Below are positions 30,076 through 40,629 of a stretch of 64,000 nucleotides of DNA, piece after piece (positions within the stretch are counted from its first letter, which is position 1; each line of letters opens with the position of its first letter). The stretch lies in assembly GCA_963798485.1 (NCBI GenBank), contig CAWCTR010000008.1, forward strand, positions 1 through 64,000. The letters run 5' to 3'. The DNA comes from an uncultured delta proteobacterium (GTDB lineage: Bacteria; Desulfobacterota; Desulfomonilia; UBA1062). Under the pieces are notes generated by a model, which was not told where the DNA came from, searched no databases, and saw only the letters and a program-made list of their open reading frames with translations. The translations under genes and the position numbers were made by a program.

Positions 30076-30555
30076 ATGAATAAGAAGGGTTTCTCCCTCA
30101 TGGAGGTTATGATCGTCGTGGTTATTGTAGGAATCATTGCCGCCGTTGCCATTCCTGCATATACCGGATATGTGACCAGGACAAGAAGGGCTGAGGCCGT
30201 CACTGCCCTGGAGGCGGTGGCCCTGTATGAAGAGAAGTTAATGGCACTGAATAACCAATATGGCAGTGTAAATAATGTTGGGCCGGTAAATGACTTAGCC
30301 GCTGTAGGCCTTACTGATCCGAATGCCGATCCAAAGAGGAACTATAATATTGTTGCTACGCCAGGCGGGGTTAGTAACAATACCTTTATTGCTACGGCCA
30401 CACCCATAAATCAACAGGCAGGTGATACAGTAAAATTTGGCGGAGTTACTCAATTATTAATATTTGCCATCGATAATAATGGCGTTCATGGAAGAATAGA
30501 CAACGGTGGCGTGTTTGTGACCTACGAAAATCTGTGGAAGACGCTTAGGCCTTAG
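30076..30555 (+). CDS. Type IV pilin (PilE-like minor pilin)
   Basis: KKG/FSLMEVMIVV..AIPAY..RRAEA. Confidence 0.9.
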   Translation: MNKKGFSLMEVMIVVVIVGIIAAVAIPAYTGYVTRTRRAEAVTALEAVALYEEKLMALNNQYGSVNNVGPVNDLAAVGLTDPNADPKRNYNIVATPGGVSNNTFIATATPINQQAGDTVKFGGVTQLLIFAIDNNGVHGRIDNGGVFVTYENLWKTLRP

Positions 30556-30600
30556 GTTTGTTTGCCGCGCTTCATCTAATTATTATATAAAGAGTCGCCC

Positions 30601-31185
30601 ATGATGAAAAGAGAAATAAAAGGTCATTACAATTCCATGATGATGATATTATGGACCATGCCCCTCATGTTTCTTCTGGTGAGCGGCTGCGTCCTCATAA
30701 AACCCACCAGGCACTATGAAGAATCCACGCCCATAGACCAGGGCTTGGCTGGAACCCATTTAAGCACGGCAGTTGTTATGCCCCTTGAGGCAAAGGGCAA
30801 TGAAAGCTGGGGTGTGTATGCGGCACAGAGATTGACTGAATACCTGATCGAACAAAAGGCCTACCGGCAGGTTATCTATACAAAGGACAAAGTTCCAAGG
30901 GCGGATTATATCATTACCGGGACACTGGATCACCTCTTTTATGGAGGCAATGAAGATGCCACCGCGGTGTTCCTGACGATCAAGATTCAAGGCGCTACTG
31001 ATTCCCAGACACTCTTCTACCGTACGGCAAAGGCGTCTTCCAAGATGAGTACCTTTGACATGACCATGCTGGAGAGTGTGGACGTTCCATCACCCTATAT
31101 TGAAGAGGTCTTGAACGGTATGCTTGAGCGCATCGCCAAGGACATCGCCTCGCGCACAAACCTACCAGCGGTACAGAACCCCTGA
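30601..31185 (+). CDS. Lipoprotein (CsgG/LpoB-like fold possible)
   Basis: Lipobox VSGC; ADYIITGT. Confidence 0.6.
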   Translation: MMKREIKGHYNSMMMILWTMPLMFLLVSGCVLIKPTRHYEESTPIDQGLAGTHLSTAVVMPLEAKGNESWGVYAAQRLTEYLIEQKAYRQVIYTKDKVPRADYIITGTLDHLFYGGNEDATAVFLTIKIQGATDSQTLFYRTAKASSKMSTFDMTMLESVDVPSPYIEEVLNGMLERIAKDIASRTNLPAVQNP

Positions 31186-32298
31186 GTCCGAAAGCAGGTA
31201 GGTCAGGCCTTCCATGCTTGCCAGGGACTTGACAATTGTAACGGATTCAAGGCCGGGCACCTCATGCCACAAGCTGCCGTCCCACCAGTATTTCCCGCAC
31301 CAGATATTGCCCGTGACATCCTGGTCGAGGCTGCATACTACAACCGGCGGTTGAGAACTTAACTGCTTGCCGTCTATTTGTATCGTACCTTGAACTACCG
31401 ACCACACCTCTGTTGCGGCGCCATTGCTCACTGCAAGCACTGCGCAGGTATCCCCACCATAGATCGGCTCCCTTACGCCATAGTCGAGTTTGTATACCCC
31501 GGAACTCGTTGCGGCATATACATAGTCGGGTCCCTCAGACAGGTCATTCACCGCTGCATATAAATAATTGTTCCAGGTTTCGGTTTCAGGACTGTAGTAA
31601 TTAAGGCCGGAATCAGTGCCAACCCACAGCGTGGTCAGATCGTTTACATCTATTGCCAATGCCTTAATGGTGTTATTATATAAACATGTACTGCAAACGA
31701 GGGTACTTTCAGCAGAGGCTGTGAGCTCTAGAATGTTTCGCCCCCAAGTCTCGCCCCCCCAAATGGTAAAGACCTGCGTAGTGGGGTCTGTCCGGTTGAG
31801 CATAGTGAAAAAATTTTCGCCCCACACGCTCTCTGTATTGGATTGCGATGTGATGAACCTGATTTTATTATCTTTTACCGAGGCCCATATACCCCCGGTT
31901 GCATACTCGGTTTCTTTGGTGAGGGCGAGGACCTCGAGCCCCGCACCGACAAGGTTGCTCTCCAAGGACCTCGCTCGTACCTGGACATTGAAGGTATTGG
32001 TAAGATGTTTGTTTTCCTTGTCAGTCACTACGCAGGTAATGGAATAAGAGCCGGGAGTTTTCGGCGCTATCCAGTAAGTGGAATAGGGTATGGTATCGGG
32101 TACATCAAGCACCCCCCCTGTTGCCGTCCATTGGTAGGTCATAGGTGGGTTGTCGGTCAGTGAATTTGCCAGGACATAGATCCGCTGGCCTGAAACCACA
32201 TTATCATTGGATACGCTGACATCCGACGGCACAGGGTTTGATGCGGAGCATCCAAGGACCATGACCAACATTATGCATGCAAAGAGAATTATTTTCAA
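31162..32298 (-). CDS. Lipoprotein with Ig-like and beta-propeller domains
   Basis: Lipobox VLGC; YQWTATGG..APKTPGSY; LWVGTDSGL. Confidence 0.65.
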   Translation of the reverse strand: MKIILFACIMLVMVLGCSASNPVPSDVSVSNDNVVSGQRIYVLANSLTDNPPMTYQWTATGGVLDVPDTIPYSTYWIAPKTPGSYSITCVVTDKENKHLTNTFNVQVRARSLESNLVGAGLEVLALTKETEYATGGIWASVKDNKIRFITSQSNTESVWGENFFTMLNRTDPTTQVFTIWGGETWGRNILELTASAESTLVCSTCLYNNTIKALAIDVNDLTTLWVGTDSGLNYYSPETETWNNYLYAAVNDLSEGPDYVYAATSSGVYKLDYGVREPIYGGDTCAVLAVSNGAATEVWSVVQGTIQIDGKQLSSQPPVVVCSLDQDVTGNIWCGKYWWDGSLWHEVPGLESVTIVKSLASMEGLTYLLSDSGVLYRW

Positions 32299-32418
32299 AT
32301 CCGCCTCCAAGGGGTAATCACTTTTGTGATCTATCAGATCCATAAGATCAACGCAAGATTTCATGAAGGATTGTCATTTCAGGCATGAATTGGTATGGTT
32401 TGGAGTGAAGGAGTCTTT

Positions 32419-34074
32419 ATGATTTTAGGTATCGATATCGGCGGCACGCACACGGATGCAGTATGTCTGGCAGGAAGAAAAATCTTTTCTACGGTCAAAA
32501 CCGCTACAGGAGATGACCTTGTGGGCTCCATCCTGGAGGCTGTTAACAGCCTCGGTATCGATTACAAGGGCGTCAAGAGGGTGGTTCTGTCTACAACGTT
32601 ATCCACAAATGCCATCGTGGAGAAGAAATATGCAAAGACCGGCATGATCGTCTCTGCAGGGCCGGGTATAGATCCCAGCCATTATTTTCTGACTGATGCG
32701 TTCCATCTGGTCTCTGGCGCAATTGACCACCGGGGCCGTGAATATGTGCCGATTGATAAAAAAGAGGTTCTTCGTGCATCACGGAGCATGTTAGACTCCA
32801 ATGTAGCAGGTGTTGGTGTTGTCTCTAAATTCTCAGTCAGGAACACCGCCCATGAATCGATCATAGCATCATTAATAAAGGATGATTTCAACTATATTAG
32901 CCAGGGTCATACCATGAGTGGTAGTCTGAATTTCCCGAGACGTCTGAACACCACGTATCTCAATGTAGCGGTTATGCCTGTGCAGGAAGGCTTTGTTTCA
33001 GCCGTACAGAAGGCGCTGGCCAAGCTGGGGATTGATGCCCCATTGCTGTTTCTCAAGGCGGACGGCGGGACCTATGCCTCATCAGCTGCGAACAGGCTCC
33101 CGGTGGAGACCATCCTGTCCGGCCCTGCGGCAAGCATGATGGGGGCCTTAGCACTGACAAAAATGCAGGAAGGGACAGCATTGGTGCTGGATGTCGGCGG
33201 TACTACAACGGACATCGGGATCCTCCTGAATGGCAGCCCCCTCCTGGAGCCGCAAGGGGTGGACATTGGCGGTCTCAAGACACTGGTGCGCGGACTTAAT
33301 GTAATCTCTGTGGGCGTCGGCGGCGATTCATGCGTGCGGGCCGAAGACGGCGGGCTCAAGGTTGGTCCTGGAAGAAGCGGCCCGCCGGCCTGTATGGGGG
33401 GTGTTGCGCCTACGCCCATGGATGCATTCGCCGTGCTTGGCGATCACACTATAGGAGACCTTAGAAAGGCCAAAGACGCACTCTTGCCGCTTAGTGAGGC
33501 CTTGGGTATGGATTCAACCGAGCTCAGCTCCAGGGTTATTTCGGTTATGGTTGCAAATATCAAGAAGGCGACCCTGGACTTTGTAGATGAGGTGAACAGC
33601 CACCCTGTTTATACCATCTATGAGATGCTCCACCCCGACATTATCAGGCCGTCTCGGGTGATACTCATCGGAGGTCCGTCACGGTTGCTTAAGCCTTATA
33701 TCGAGGCTGCGTTCAATATGGAATGTGAGGTGCCCGAGCATGCAATGGTGGCCAATGCCCTGGGCGCCGCCCTTGCGCGAACAACGGCCCAGATAACCTT
33801 GCTTGCCGATACCCAGCTAAAGAGGATAATCTGTCCTGAACTGCACCTGGAAAAGGAGGCCGCCCAGACCCTGAGTATCGATGAGCTGAAGGCCTTTGGA
33901 TTTGACGCCATCAGGGCGAATGCCTCCCTGCTGGGGCTTAGTGATGATATGGAACTTAGCGTCATCGAGGAACATTGCTTCAACATGATAAGGGGATTTT
34001 CCACCGTGGGCAGGAACATGAGGGTCAAGATACAGACAAGGCCCGGGATCCTGCGTGAATGGAGCTCTCAATGA
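32419..34074 (+). CDS. Hydantoinase/oxoprolinase A-family protein
   Basis: GIDIGGTHTD, STTLSTNA, LSGPAAS, DVGGTTTD, ANALGAA. Confidence 0.88.
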   Translation: MILGIDIGGTHTDAVCLAGRKIFSTVKTATGDDLVGSILEAVNSLGIDYKGVKRVVLSTTLSTNAIVEKKYAKTGMIVSAGPGIDPSHYFLTDAFHLVSGAIDHRGREYVPIDKKEVLRASRSMLDSNVAGVGVVSKFSVRNTAHESIIASLIKDDFNYISQGHTMSGSLNFPRRLNTTYLNVAVMPVQEGFVSAVQKALAKLGIDAPLLFLKADGGTYASSAANRLPVETILSGPAASMMGALALTKMQEGTALVLDVGGTTTDIGILLNGSPLLEPQGVDIGGLKTLVRGLNVISVGVGGDSCVRAEDGGLKVGPGRSGPPACMGGVAPTPMDAFAVLGDHTIGDLRKAKDALLPLSEALGMDSTELSSRVISVMVANIKKATLDFVDEVNSHPVYTIYEMLHPDIIRPSRVILIGGPSRLLKPYIEAAFNMECEVPEHAMVANALGAALARTTAQITLLADTQLKRIICPELHLEKEAAQTLSIDELKAFGFDAIRANASLLGLSDDMELSVIEEHCFNMIRGFSTVGRNMRVKIQTRPGILREWSSQ

Positions 34075-35378
34075 TCAAGGCAAAAAAAAGGACAGGGCTT
34101 ATCTTTTTTCCTGCATACGATTGGGAGATCACACCCACCCATCCTGAACGCAAGGAGAGACTCCTCTATACCCAGGATCAGGTCTTGGAAGAGGGTATCC
34201 TCGATATTGAGGGCATCCGTGAGTTCAAGGCAGGTCTTGCAGATGAGCATGACATCAACCGTGCCCATTTCTGCGTCCCTGATGTCGGTTCACGGATTAC
34301 ACAATCGCACAATATCTCGGCAGGCGGCTGCATCGAGGCTGCCCGTCTTGTTCTGGAAGGCGTAGTGGACAACGCCTTTGCCCTGGTGAGGCCCCCGGGA
34401 CACCATGCCATGAGGGTGGTCCAGGGCGCCCGCGGTTTCTGCAACATCAATATCGAGGCCGTGATGGTAGAATGGGTGAGGAGCCATTACCCAAGGATTA
34501 AAAAGGTCGCAATCGTTGATACGGATTGCCACCATGGAGACGGCACCCAGGACATCTATTGGCATGACCCCGATGTATTGTATATCTCTATCCATCAAGA
34601 CGGCAGAACCTTGTATCCCGGGTCCGGGTTCCCATCCGAGTATGGCGGGCCCAATGCCTGTGGGTATACCTTGAATATCCCTTTGCCACCTAAGACCTGT
34701 GATGAGGGCATCCTCTATGCAATGGAAAACCTTGTGATGCCGGTCATCAAGGAATTCAAACCCGACCTTATCATCAACTCCGCAGGTCAGGATAATCATT
34801 ATTCCGATCCCATCACCAATATGTCGTTTACTGCCGGGGGCTATGCAAGGCTCAACGAAATTCTTAGGCCCGACATTTGCGTGCTCGAAGGCGGGTACTC
34901 CATAGAAGCGGCGCTTCCCTATGTGAATACGGGTATTATTCTTGCCCTGGCCGGGGTGGATTATTCTTACGTAAAGGAACCGGACCTCAATAGGGAAAAA
35001 TTAAAGCAAGACCCGAGAATCTCAGACTACACGAAACGGCTGTGCGATGAGATTCTGGCTATGTGGCAGGCCCGTGAGGGCTTGAGGCCGGAGAGAAGGC
35101 CTTTCGTAGAAAGGTTCAGGAACATCTTTTATGACACGGACGGCATCACGGAAAACCAGCAAGAGGTATTCCGTTATTGCGATGCCTGCCCGGGTGCATT
35201 CAAGCTCGACTCGGCTGCATCCACGGGCTATCGCATCTTGGGCATACATGTGCCGCATGGAGCCTGCAAGGCATGCCGGGATCAGGGTATGAGCTGGTAT
35301 AATAACCCTGATGAAAGCTATTATGCCGTTTATTTACAGGATATGGATCAGGACCGGTATCTCGTAAGGAAGCTTTGA
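34071..35378 (+). CDS. Histone deacetylase-family amidohydrolase
   Basis: HPE, RPPGHH, GFC, DCHHGDGT, SAGQD, LEGGY; C-terminal CDAC..CKAC. Confidence 0.92.
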   Translation: MIKAKKRTGLIFFPAYDWEITPTHPERKERLLYTQDQVLEEGILDIEGIREFKAGLADEHDINRAHFCVPDVGSRITQSHNISAGGCIEAARLVLEGVVDNAFALVRPPGHHAMRVVQGARGFCNINIEAVMVEWVRSHYPRIKKVAIVDTDCHHGDGTQDIYWHDPDVLYISIHQDGRTLYPGSGFPSEYGGPNACGYTLNIPLPPKTCDEGILYAMENLVMPVIKEFKPDLIINSAGQDNHYSDPITNMSFTAGGYARLNEILRPDICVLEGGYSIEAALPYVNTGIILALAGVDYSYVKEPDLNREKLKQDPRISDYTKRLCDEILAMWQAREGLRPERRPFVERFRNIFYDTDGITENQQEVFRYCDACPGAFKLDSAASTGYRILGIHVPHGACKACRDQGMSWYNNPDESYYAVYLQDMDQDRYLVRKL

Positions 35379-35391
35379 GGCTAAGAAAGAG

Positions 35392-35418
35392 GGAGAGGGG
35401 GTTAACAGCCCCCTCTTC
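35392..35418. terminator. Hairpin between convergent genes
   Basis: GGAGAGGGGG-ttaacag-CCCCCTCTTC. Confidence 0.65.
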
Positions 35419-35441
35419 ACAAGGGTTTATCTTGTTTATTA

Positions 35442-36227
35442 TTACTTTGCCGCCATTCCTCCGTCTAAGGGGATAATGGTCCCTGTCATGAAATCCGATG
35501 CCTTGGATGCGAGGAACACTGCAAGGCCCTTGACGTGATCCTCCTCCCCATATTTGAGCAGCGGAATCTGGGCCACGGTCAGGTCGAGGATAGGCTTCAT
35601 ATCGGGTTTGAAGATGTATTCCATCATGTCTGTCCGGAAGAATCCGGGTGCGATGCAATTGATGTAGATGTTATAGCGGGCGAGCTTCACGGCAAGGTTC
35701 TTGGTAAGTACCTCAATGGCTGCCTTGGATGAGTTGTAGGCAATGGCAGGATGCCCTTCCTCAATGGACCCGCGGGAGCCGAAGATGGACGAGATGTTTA
35801 TGATCTTACCTCCGCCCTTTTCCTTCATAATGTTGGCAACCTTCTGGGTAAGGATCCAAACGCCCCGCACATTCACCTCAAAGATCTTGTCCCATCTGTC
35901 CAGAGGAAATTCCAGGGTGGGTGCACCCCATGTGATGCCTGCATTATTCACCAGGATGTCGATTTTACCGAACGCCTTCATGGTGGCCTCAACCAGGTTT
36001 GTGATATCTTCCTCAGAGGCGGTATCACACTTCAGTGCGAGCGTCTTTATCCCGAGCTTGGCCAGTTCCTGGGCTACCTTTTCGCAGTTGGCCACTTTCC
36101 TGGAAGCGATAACTACATGAGCGCCTGCCTCTGCCATTCCGTACGCAATGAATTTGCCGATGCCCCTGCCGCCACCGGTGATAATGGCGACCTTACCCTT
36201 AAGATCAAACATCTCTTGTACGTTCAT
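35442..36227 (-). CDS. SDR family oxidoreductase
   Basis: TGGGRGIG, NNAG, YNSSK. Confidence 0.93.
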   Translation of the reverse strand: MNVQEMFDLKGKVAIITGGGRGIGKFIAYGMAEAGAHVVIASRKVANCEKVAQELAKLGIKTLALKCDTASEEDITNLVEATMKAFGKIDILVNNAGITWGAPTLEFPLDRWDKIFEVNVRGVWILTQKVANIMKEKGGGKIINISSIFGSRGSIEEGHPAIAYNSSKAAIEVLTKNLAVKLARYNIYINCIAPGFFRTDMMEYIFKPDMKPILDLTVAQIPLLKYGEEDHVKGLAVFLASKASDFMTGTIIPLDGGMAAK

Positions 36228-36267
36228 TAGACTACCTCCTGTGGTGGTTTGTTTATGTCACGTATGA

Positions 36268-36858
36268 CTATCTTTCTGTAAATGGGTGATCGTATAACGC
36301 CTTGAGCCGTTTTGATGATTCATCAAGGATATGTCCGTGAAGCGACCTGCCATGAGAGTCCATGGTCACCAGGGCCGGGAAATTGTGCACGGTAAGAACC
36401 CACATGGCCTCCGGCTGCCCGAACTCGGTAAGATATACCCCCTCTACCTGAACAATTCGTTCTGCCAAATACTGCGCGGCGCCACCGGTTGCATGGAGAT
36501 ACACGCACCCGTACGCGGACATGGCCTTCAGGGTCTTTTCCCCCATGCCGCCTTTCCCCATAATGGCGCCGGGCTTGAAGTGTGAAATAATATCCGCTTC
36601 AAAGGGTTCCTCTCGCATGGAGGTCGTGGGGCCTGCCGCCACGATCTTCCATAGGCCGCTTTCCTCTTTGACGAGAGGGCCGCAATGGTAGATCACCAGA
36701 CCTTCGAGATTGATGGGCGGCTCGCCACCCGTGAAAAGGTATTTGTGTACCTGGTCGCGGCCTGTCACGATCCGGCCGGAGATGTTCACCATGTCGCCTG
36801 CGCAAAGTCCTTTAATGACATCGGGCTTGAGTGGAGAGGTGATCTGTTTCAGATCCAT
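36268..36858 (-). CDS. Fe-S fumarate/tartrate hydro-lyase beta subunit
   Basis: GRDQVH, YHCGP, GPTTSMR, GKGGM. Confidence 0.92.
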   Translation of the reverse strand: MDLKQITSPLKPDVIKGLCAGDMVNISGRIVTGRDQVHKYLFTGGEPPINLEGLVIYHCGPLVKEESGLWKIVAAGPTTSMREEPFEADIISHFKPGAIMGKGGMGEKTLKAMSAYGCVYLHATGGAAQYLAERIVQVEGVYLTEFGQPEAMWVLTVHNFPALVTMDSHGRSLHGHILDESSKRLKALYDHPFTER

Positions 36859-37727
36859 TCCCGGATATCTCCCTCATTCGTGAGCTCAACCATGAAACGC
36901 CTGGTGGCCCAGCATGAATAGCTCACGCTCACGAAGTAGCTTGCAGGGTGCCTTCCGGCCGTGCCTATCTTCACCCCTAAAAGCGTGGTATTGCCCCCGA
37001 GGCCCATGGGCCCAATCCCTAAGGTGTTCGCCTCGGCAAGGATCGTCTGCTCCAAAGATGCCAGGACAGGCATTGTGTTCACATCCTGGAGTTTACGGAA
37101 AAGCTGTTTCTTGGCAACCAGATAACCTGACGCCCGGTCGCCTCCTATGCATACCCCGAGGATCCCGGGCGCGCAGCCCAAGCCCTGGGCCTGGAGCACA
37201 CAGTCCAGGATGCAGCGCCTTACGCCTTCCCTATCTCTGAAGGCCTGTATCCTCTGAAGGGGAAGGCTGTATTGGGTGCTCATGTTTTCAGAGCCCCCGC
37301 CCTTGAGCATAATGCCTATCCGTGTGGGTCCATCTTTGGGTTCGAAGTGGATCTGGGGGACGTATGCACCGGTATTGTCGAGGGTGTTTTCCTCGCTCAA
37401 AGGGTCTACGCAGTTCTGCCTGAGCATGCCTTCTTTGGTGAGTGCCCTTGTTGCATCTATGATGGCATCTTCTATCAGGAAGACCGATTTATCCGGGCGA
37501 CCCTCAATGATGGCCAGGAGAGCCCCGGTATCCTGACAGACAGGGAGCCTTTTCTCGCATGAAAGGGATGCGCTTTGCATGATGATGCCCAGCGTCTCAT
37601 GCGCAATAGAACTATTATCTTCATGGGCAAGGGCATTCTCAAGGGCCGAAGTGATGTCTTGGGGCAGCACGGTGCATGTCCGGTGAATGAGTTCATACAT
37701 GCTTTTCTGAACCCGTCTGTTGTCCAT
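36849..37727 (-). CDS. Fe-S fumarate/tartrate hydro-lyase alpha subunit
   Basis: PVCQDTG, KGGGSEN, GIGPMGLGG, HPAS. Confidence 0.92.
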   Translation of the reverse strand: MDNRRVQKSMYELIHRTCTVLPQDITSALENALAHEDNSSIAHETLGIIMQSASLSCEKRLPVCQDTGALLAIIEGRPDKSVFLIEDAIIDATRALTKEGMLRQNCVDPLSEENTLDNTGAYVPQIHFEPKDGPTRIGIMLKGGGSENMSTQYSLPLQRIQAFRDREGVRRCILDCVLQAQGLGCAPGILGVCIGGDRASGYLVAKKQLFRKLQDVNTMPVLASLEQTILAEANTLGIGPMGLGGNTTLLGVKIGTAGRHPASYFVSVSYSCWATRRFMVELTNEGDIREWI

Positions 37728-37808
37728 GGCACCACCTATAGCACAAGGGGGTAATGGTTATCAAAGGGTATGGGGTAGAGAAGGATTTCCTTAAGAGAAG
37801 ACGATATA

Positions 37809-38372
37809 TTAGGAAGTGATATGCCTCAGGTCGCGCTGGGTGTTGATATTCGAGAACAGAACTGCCGGGTCGCCGTACTTCCTGATGGTTTCTTCAGGGA
37901 CGAATAGGGTATCAGTCTGTTCAATGAGAGAGAAGATCTTCAGTATCTTACGGTCCAGCAATGCAGCAATAGCTGAAATAATCGACCTTCGATAGACGGC
38001 ATGGAGCGGCTCCCGGCCCTTGGACCACATGGGCATGACGATATCATGGCCATATGCCTGGGAGATCATGTGCGAAATGAGGCCGGCATTCAGGTTGGGC
38101 ATATCTGCGGCACAGACAAAGCAATATTCGGCATCAGTGGCCATAAGGCCGGTATAGATGCCCCCTAGTGGGCCGCAACCCGGCCTGATGTCTTCTACTA
38201 CCCGGAAGTTTTCCAGGTCTTTCCGTTTATGCCCAATAAGGATAATCTCATCGAAGAGAGGTTGTATGGTATCGACCACATGCCCTATAAGCGGCTTGCC
38301 CTTGAATTGCGAGAGAACCTTATCGCTGCCGTACCTCTCGGATTTACCACCAATGAGTACAACCCCGGTCAT
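37809..38372 (-). CDS. mobA: Molybdenum cofactor guanylyltransferase
   Basis: LIGGKSERYGSDK, GPLGGI, ADMP, EPLHAVY, NINT. Confidence 0.93.
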   Translation of the reverse strand: MTGVVLIGGKSERYGSDKVLSQFKGKPLIGHVVDTIQPLFDEIILIGHKRKDLENFRVVEDIRPGCGPLGGIYTGLMATDAEYCFVCAADMPNLNAGLISHMISQAYGHDIVMPMWSKGREPLHAVYRRSIISAIAALLDRKILKIFSLIEQTDTLFVPEETIRKYGDPAVLFSNINTQRDLRHITS

Positions 38373-38503
38373 GAAAGGTTTTGTAAAGTCCTGGTGTATC
38401 CACAGTCAAGTATAAAGTCTGATTCGGTTCGTTCATTTTGAATACGATGTTTCTTGCTTGACATGTTGCCTGTTCTCATAAAAAATAGGTTAAATGGGAA
38501 CCT

Positions 38504-38538
38504 AAAGGCCATGGGCGATAAAGTCCATGGCCTTTTTT
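38504..38538 (+). terminator. Intrinsic terminator in the leuA leader
   Basis: AAAGGCCATGGGC-gataaa-GTCCATGGCCTTTTTT just before the leuA RBS. Confidence 0.75.
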
Positions 38539-38556
38539 ATATGAAAGGAGAATGAA

Positions 38557-40104
38557 ATGGATGACTCTCAGAACAAGGTATTTATCTTTGACACCACCCT
38601 CAGGGATGGCGAGCAGTCTCCCGGCTGCAGCATGAACCTGGATGAAAAACTCCATCTGGCCAGAGCGCTTGAAAAGCTCGGGGTCGACATAATCGAAGCA
38701 GGTTTCCCCGTGGCATCCGAGGGTGACTTTGTTTCTGTCAGACAGATTGCCCGCGAAATAAGGGGGGTGCAGGTTGCAGGGCTTGCCAGGGCAAACCTGA
38801 AGGATATCGATCGCGCATGGGAAGCCATCAAAGATGCCGCACATCCTCGTATCCATACGTTCATTTCCTCATCCGATATCCACCTCAAGTATCAGCTCCG
38901 TAAGACAAGGGAAGAGGTCTTGAAAGAGGCGTGCGCGGCTGTTAAGCATGCCTGCGGGTATACGAAGAACGTCGAGTTTTCTCCCATGGATGCCACCAGG
39001 AGCGACAAAGGGTATCTGTGCGAGATGGTGGAGGCGGTCATTGCGTGCGGGGCCACTACGGTCAACATCCCGGACACGGTCGGTTATGCTATCCCGGAGG
39101 AATTCGGTGCATTGATCGCCCATCTGTTTGAAAAGGTGAAAAACATCTCTCAGGCTATTATCTCCGTGCACTGCCACAACGACCTCGGCCTGGCGGTTGC
39201 CAACTCTCTGGCCGCCATACGCAGCGGTGCAAGGCAGGTTGAATGCACCATAAACGGCATCGGCGAGCGGGCGGGCAATGCCGCCATGGAAGAGCTTGTC
39301 ATGGCTATTACGACACGCAAAGACCTGTTCGGACTCCATATGGGGATCAAAACGGAGAACCTCTACCAGACCTCCCGGCTGCTCACCCAGATTACCGGTG
39401 TGCGTGTCCAGCCGAACAAGGCCATTGTGGGTGCCAATGCCTTTGCCCATGAATCCGGCATTCACCAGGACGGCCTGATCAAAGAAAAGCTTACTTATGA
39501 GATCATGACGCCACAGTCAGTGGGAATACCTGACAGCCATATCGTTTTAGGAAAGCATTCCGGACGGCATGCCATTATCAATCATCTCAAGCAGCTTGGG
39601 TATGACCTGAACGATGAAGAATTGAACAGGGTCTTTGTCCGCTTCAAGGAACTGGCCGACATGAAGAAGGAAATCTTCGATGAAGACCTCGAGACCATCC
39701 TCTACGAAGAGGTTTTGAGGATTGAAGAGAAGTACAAACTTGTCTATCTCAATGTGGTGAGCGGCAATGTCGCCATCCCTACTGCGACCATGCAGATGGA
39801 GATAGACGCTAAGATCGTCCAGGATGCAGGGTTTGGCGTGGGGCCTGTGGATGCAACCTTTGCTGCCATCCGGAAGATCACCGGCACCGGCTATGACCTG
39901 ATGAAATATACGGTCAATGCCGTAACCGGCGGAACGGATGCCCAGGGCGAAGCCACGGTGCAATTGAAATACAACAACCGCTCCGTTACCGGACACGGGG
40001 CACACCCTGATGTACTGGTGGCCTCGGCCAAGGCCTATATCAATGCGCTGAACCGTATCGAGTGGCTCAAGAAAGACGAGGGTAGTAATCCGGCAGACAA
40101 ATAA
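38557..40104 (+). CDS. leuA: 2-isopropylmalate synthase
   Basis: [29 protein letters not shown], regulatory domain. Confidence 0.97.
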   Translation: MDDSQNKVFIFDTTLRDGEQSPGCSMNLDEKLHLARALEKLGVDIIEAGFPVASEGDFVSVRQIAREIRGVQVAGLARANLKDIDRAWEAIKDAAHPRIHTFISSSDIHLKYQLRKTREEVLKEACAAVKHACGYTKNVEFSPMDATRSDKGYLCEMVEAVIACGATTVNIPDTVGYAIPEEFGALIAHLFEKVKNISQAIISVHCHNDLGLAVANSLAAIRSGARQVECTINGIGERAGNAAMEELVMAITTRKDLFGLHMGIKTENLYQTSRLLTQITGVRVQPNKAIVGANAFAHESGIHQDGLIKEKLTYEIMTPQSVGIPDSHIVLGKHSGRHAIINHLKQLGYDLNDEELNRVFVRFKELADMKKEIFDEDLETILYEEVLRIEEKYKLVYLNVVSGNVAIPTATMQMEIDAKIVQDAGFGVGPVDATFAAIRKITGTGYDLMKYTVNAVTGGTDAQGEATVQLKYNNRSVTGHGAHPDVLVASAKAYINALNRIEWLKKDEGSNPADK

Positions 40105-40110
40105 GATTTA

Positions 40111-40593
40111 TCACAGATGCTTCACGTAGATAATCTTGCTGTCGCCCGGTGAATAATAATCATGAAGCGTGGCCTCTTGGTGGTAGCCGGCATTGAGGTA
40201 GAACCCCTGGGTGCGCTTGTAGAGGTCTCTGGAGGAAGTCTCTATGTATACGCGCATGCCTTTTATGGCACGGATCTTTTTCTCAGTCCTCACTAAGAGA
40301 TCTTTACCGATGCCTGACCCCTGGTGGTCACTGTGAACAGCGATCCAATAGAGGTCGAAGCTGCCTACCGTGCAGGGGATACGGCCGTAGCAGGTATAAC
40401 CCAGGACTTTACCGCTCTTGTCTGCGCAGAAGAGAAAGAGGTAGTCGCTGATCGACCCTCCTGAGGCGCCCGCATCGACGAGCTCCACTGCTACCTCGAT
40501 CTCCTCGGCAGTGAAGAACCCGGTGGACTCCACAATCCCTTTCACGGTTTTCATGTCTGCAGGGGTAACATAATCTCGAAAGGTGTATTTCAT
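40111..40593 (-). CDS. GNAT acetyltransferase
   Basis: LYWIAV..QGSGIGK..FYLNAGY. Confidence 0.92.
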   Translation of the reverse strand: MKYTFRDYVTPADMKTVKGIVESTGFFTAEEIEVAVELVDAGASGGSISDYLFLFCADKSGKVLGYTCYGRIPCTVGSFDLYWIAVHSDHQGSGIGKDLLVRTEKKIRAIKGMRVYIETSSRDLYKRTQGFYLNAGYHQEATLHDYYSPGDSKIIYVKHL

Positions 40594-40629
40594 GTGCGGG
40601 TGTGTTTTCTTGGCGCGGATGCCCCTGGA

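Noticed and set aside
30076-30555. Conductive e-pilin partnering the cyc2 locus
   Set aside because: Full-length PilE-type minor pilin, not a short Geobacter-type pilin, and 28 kb away
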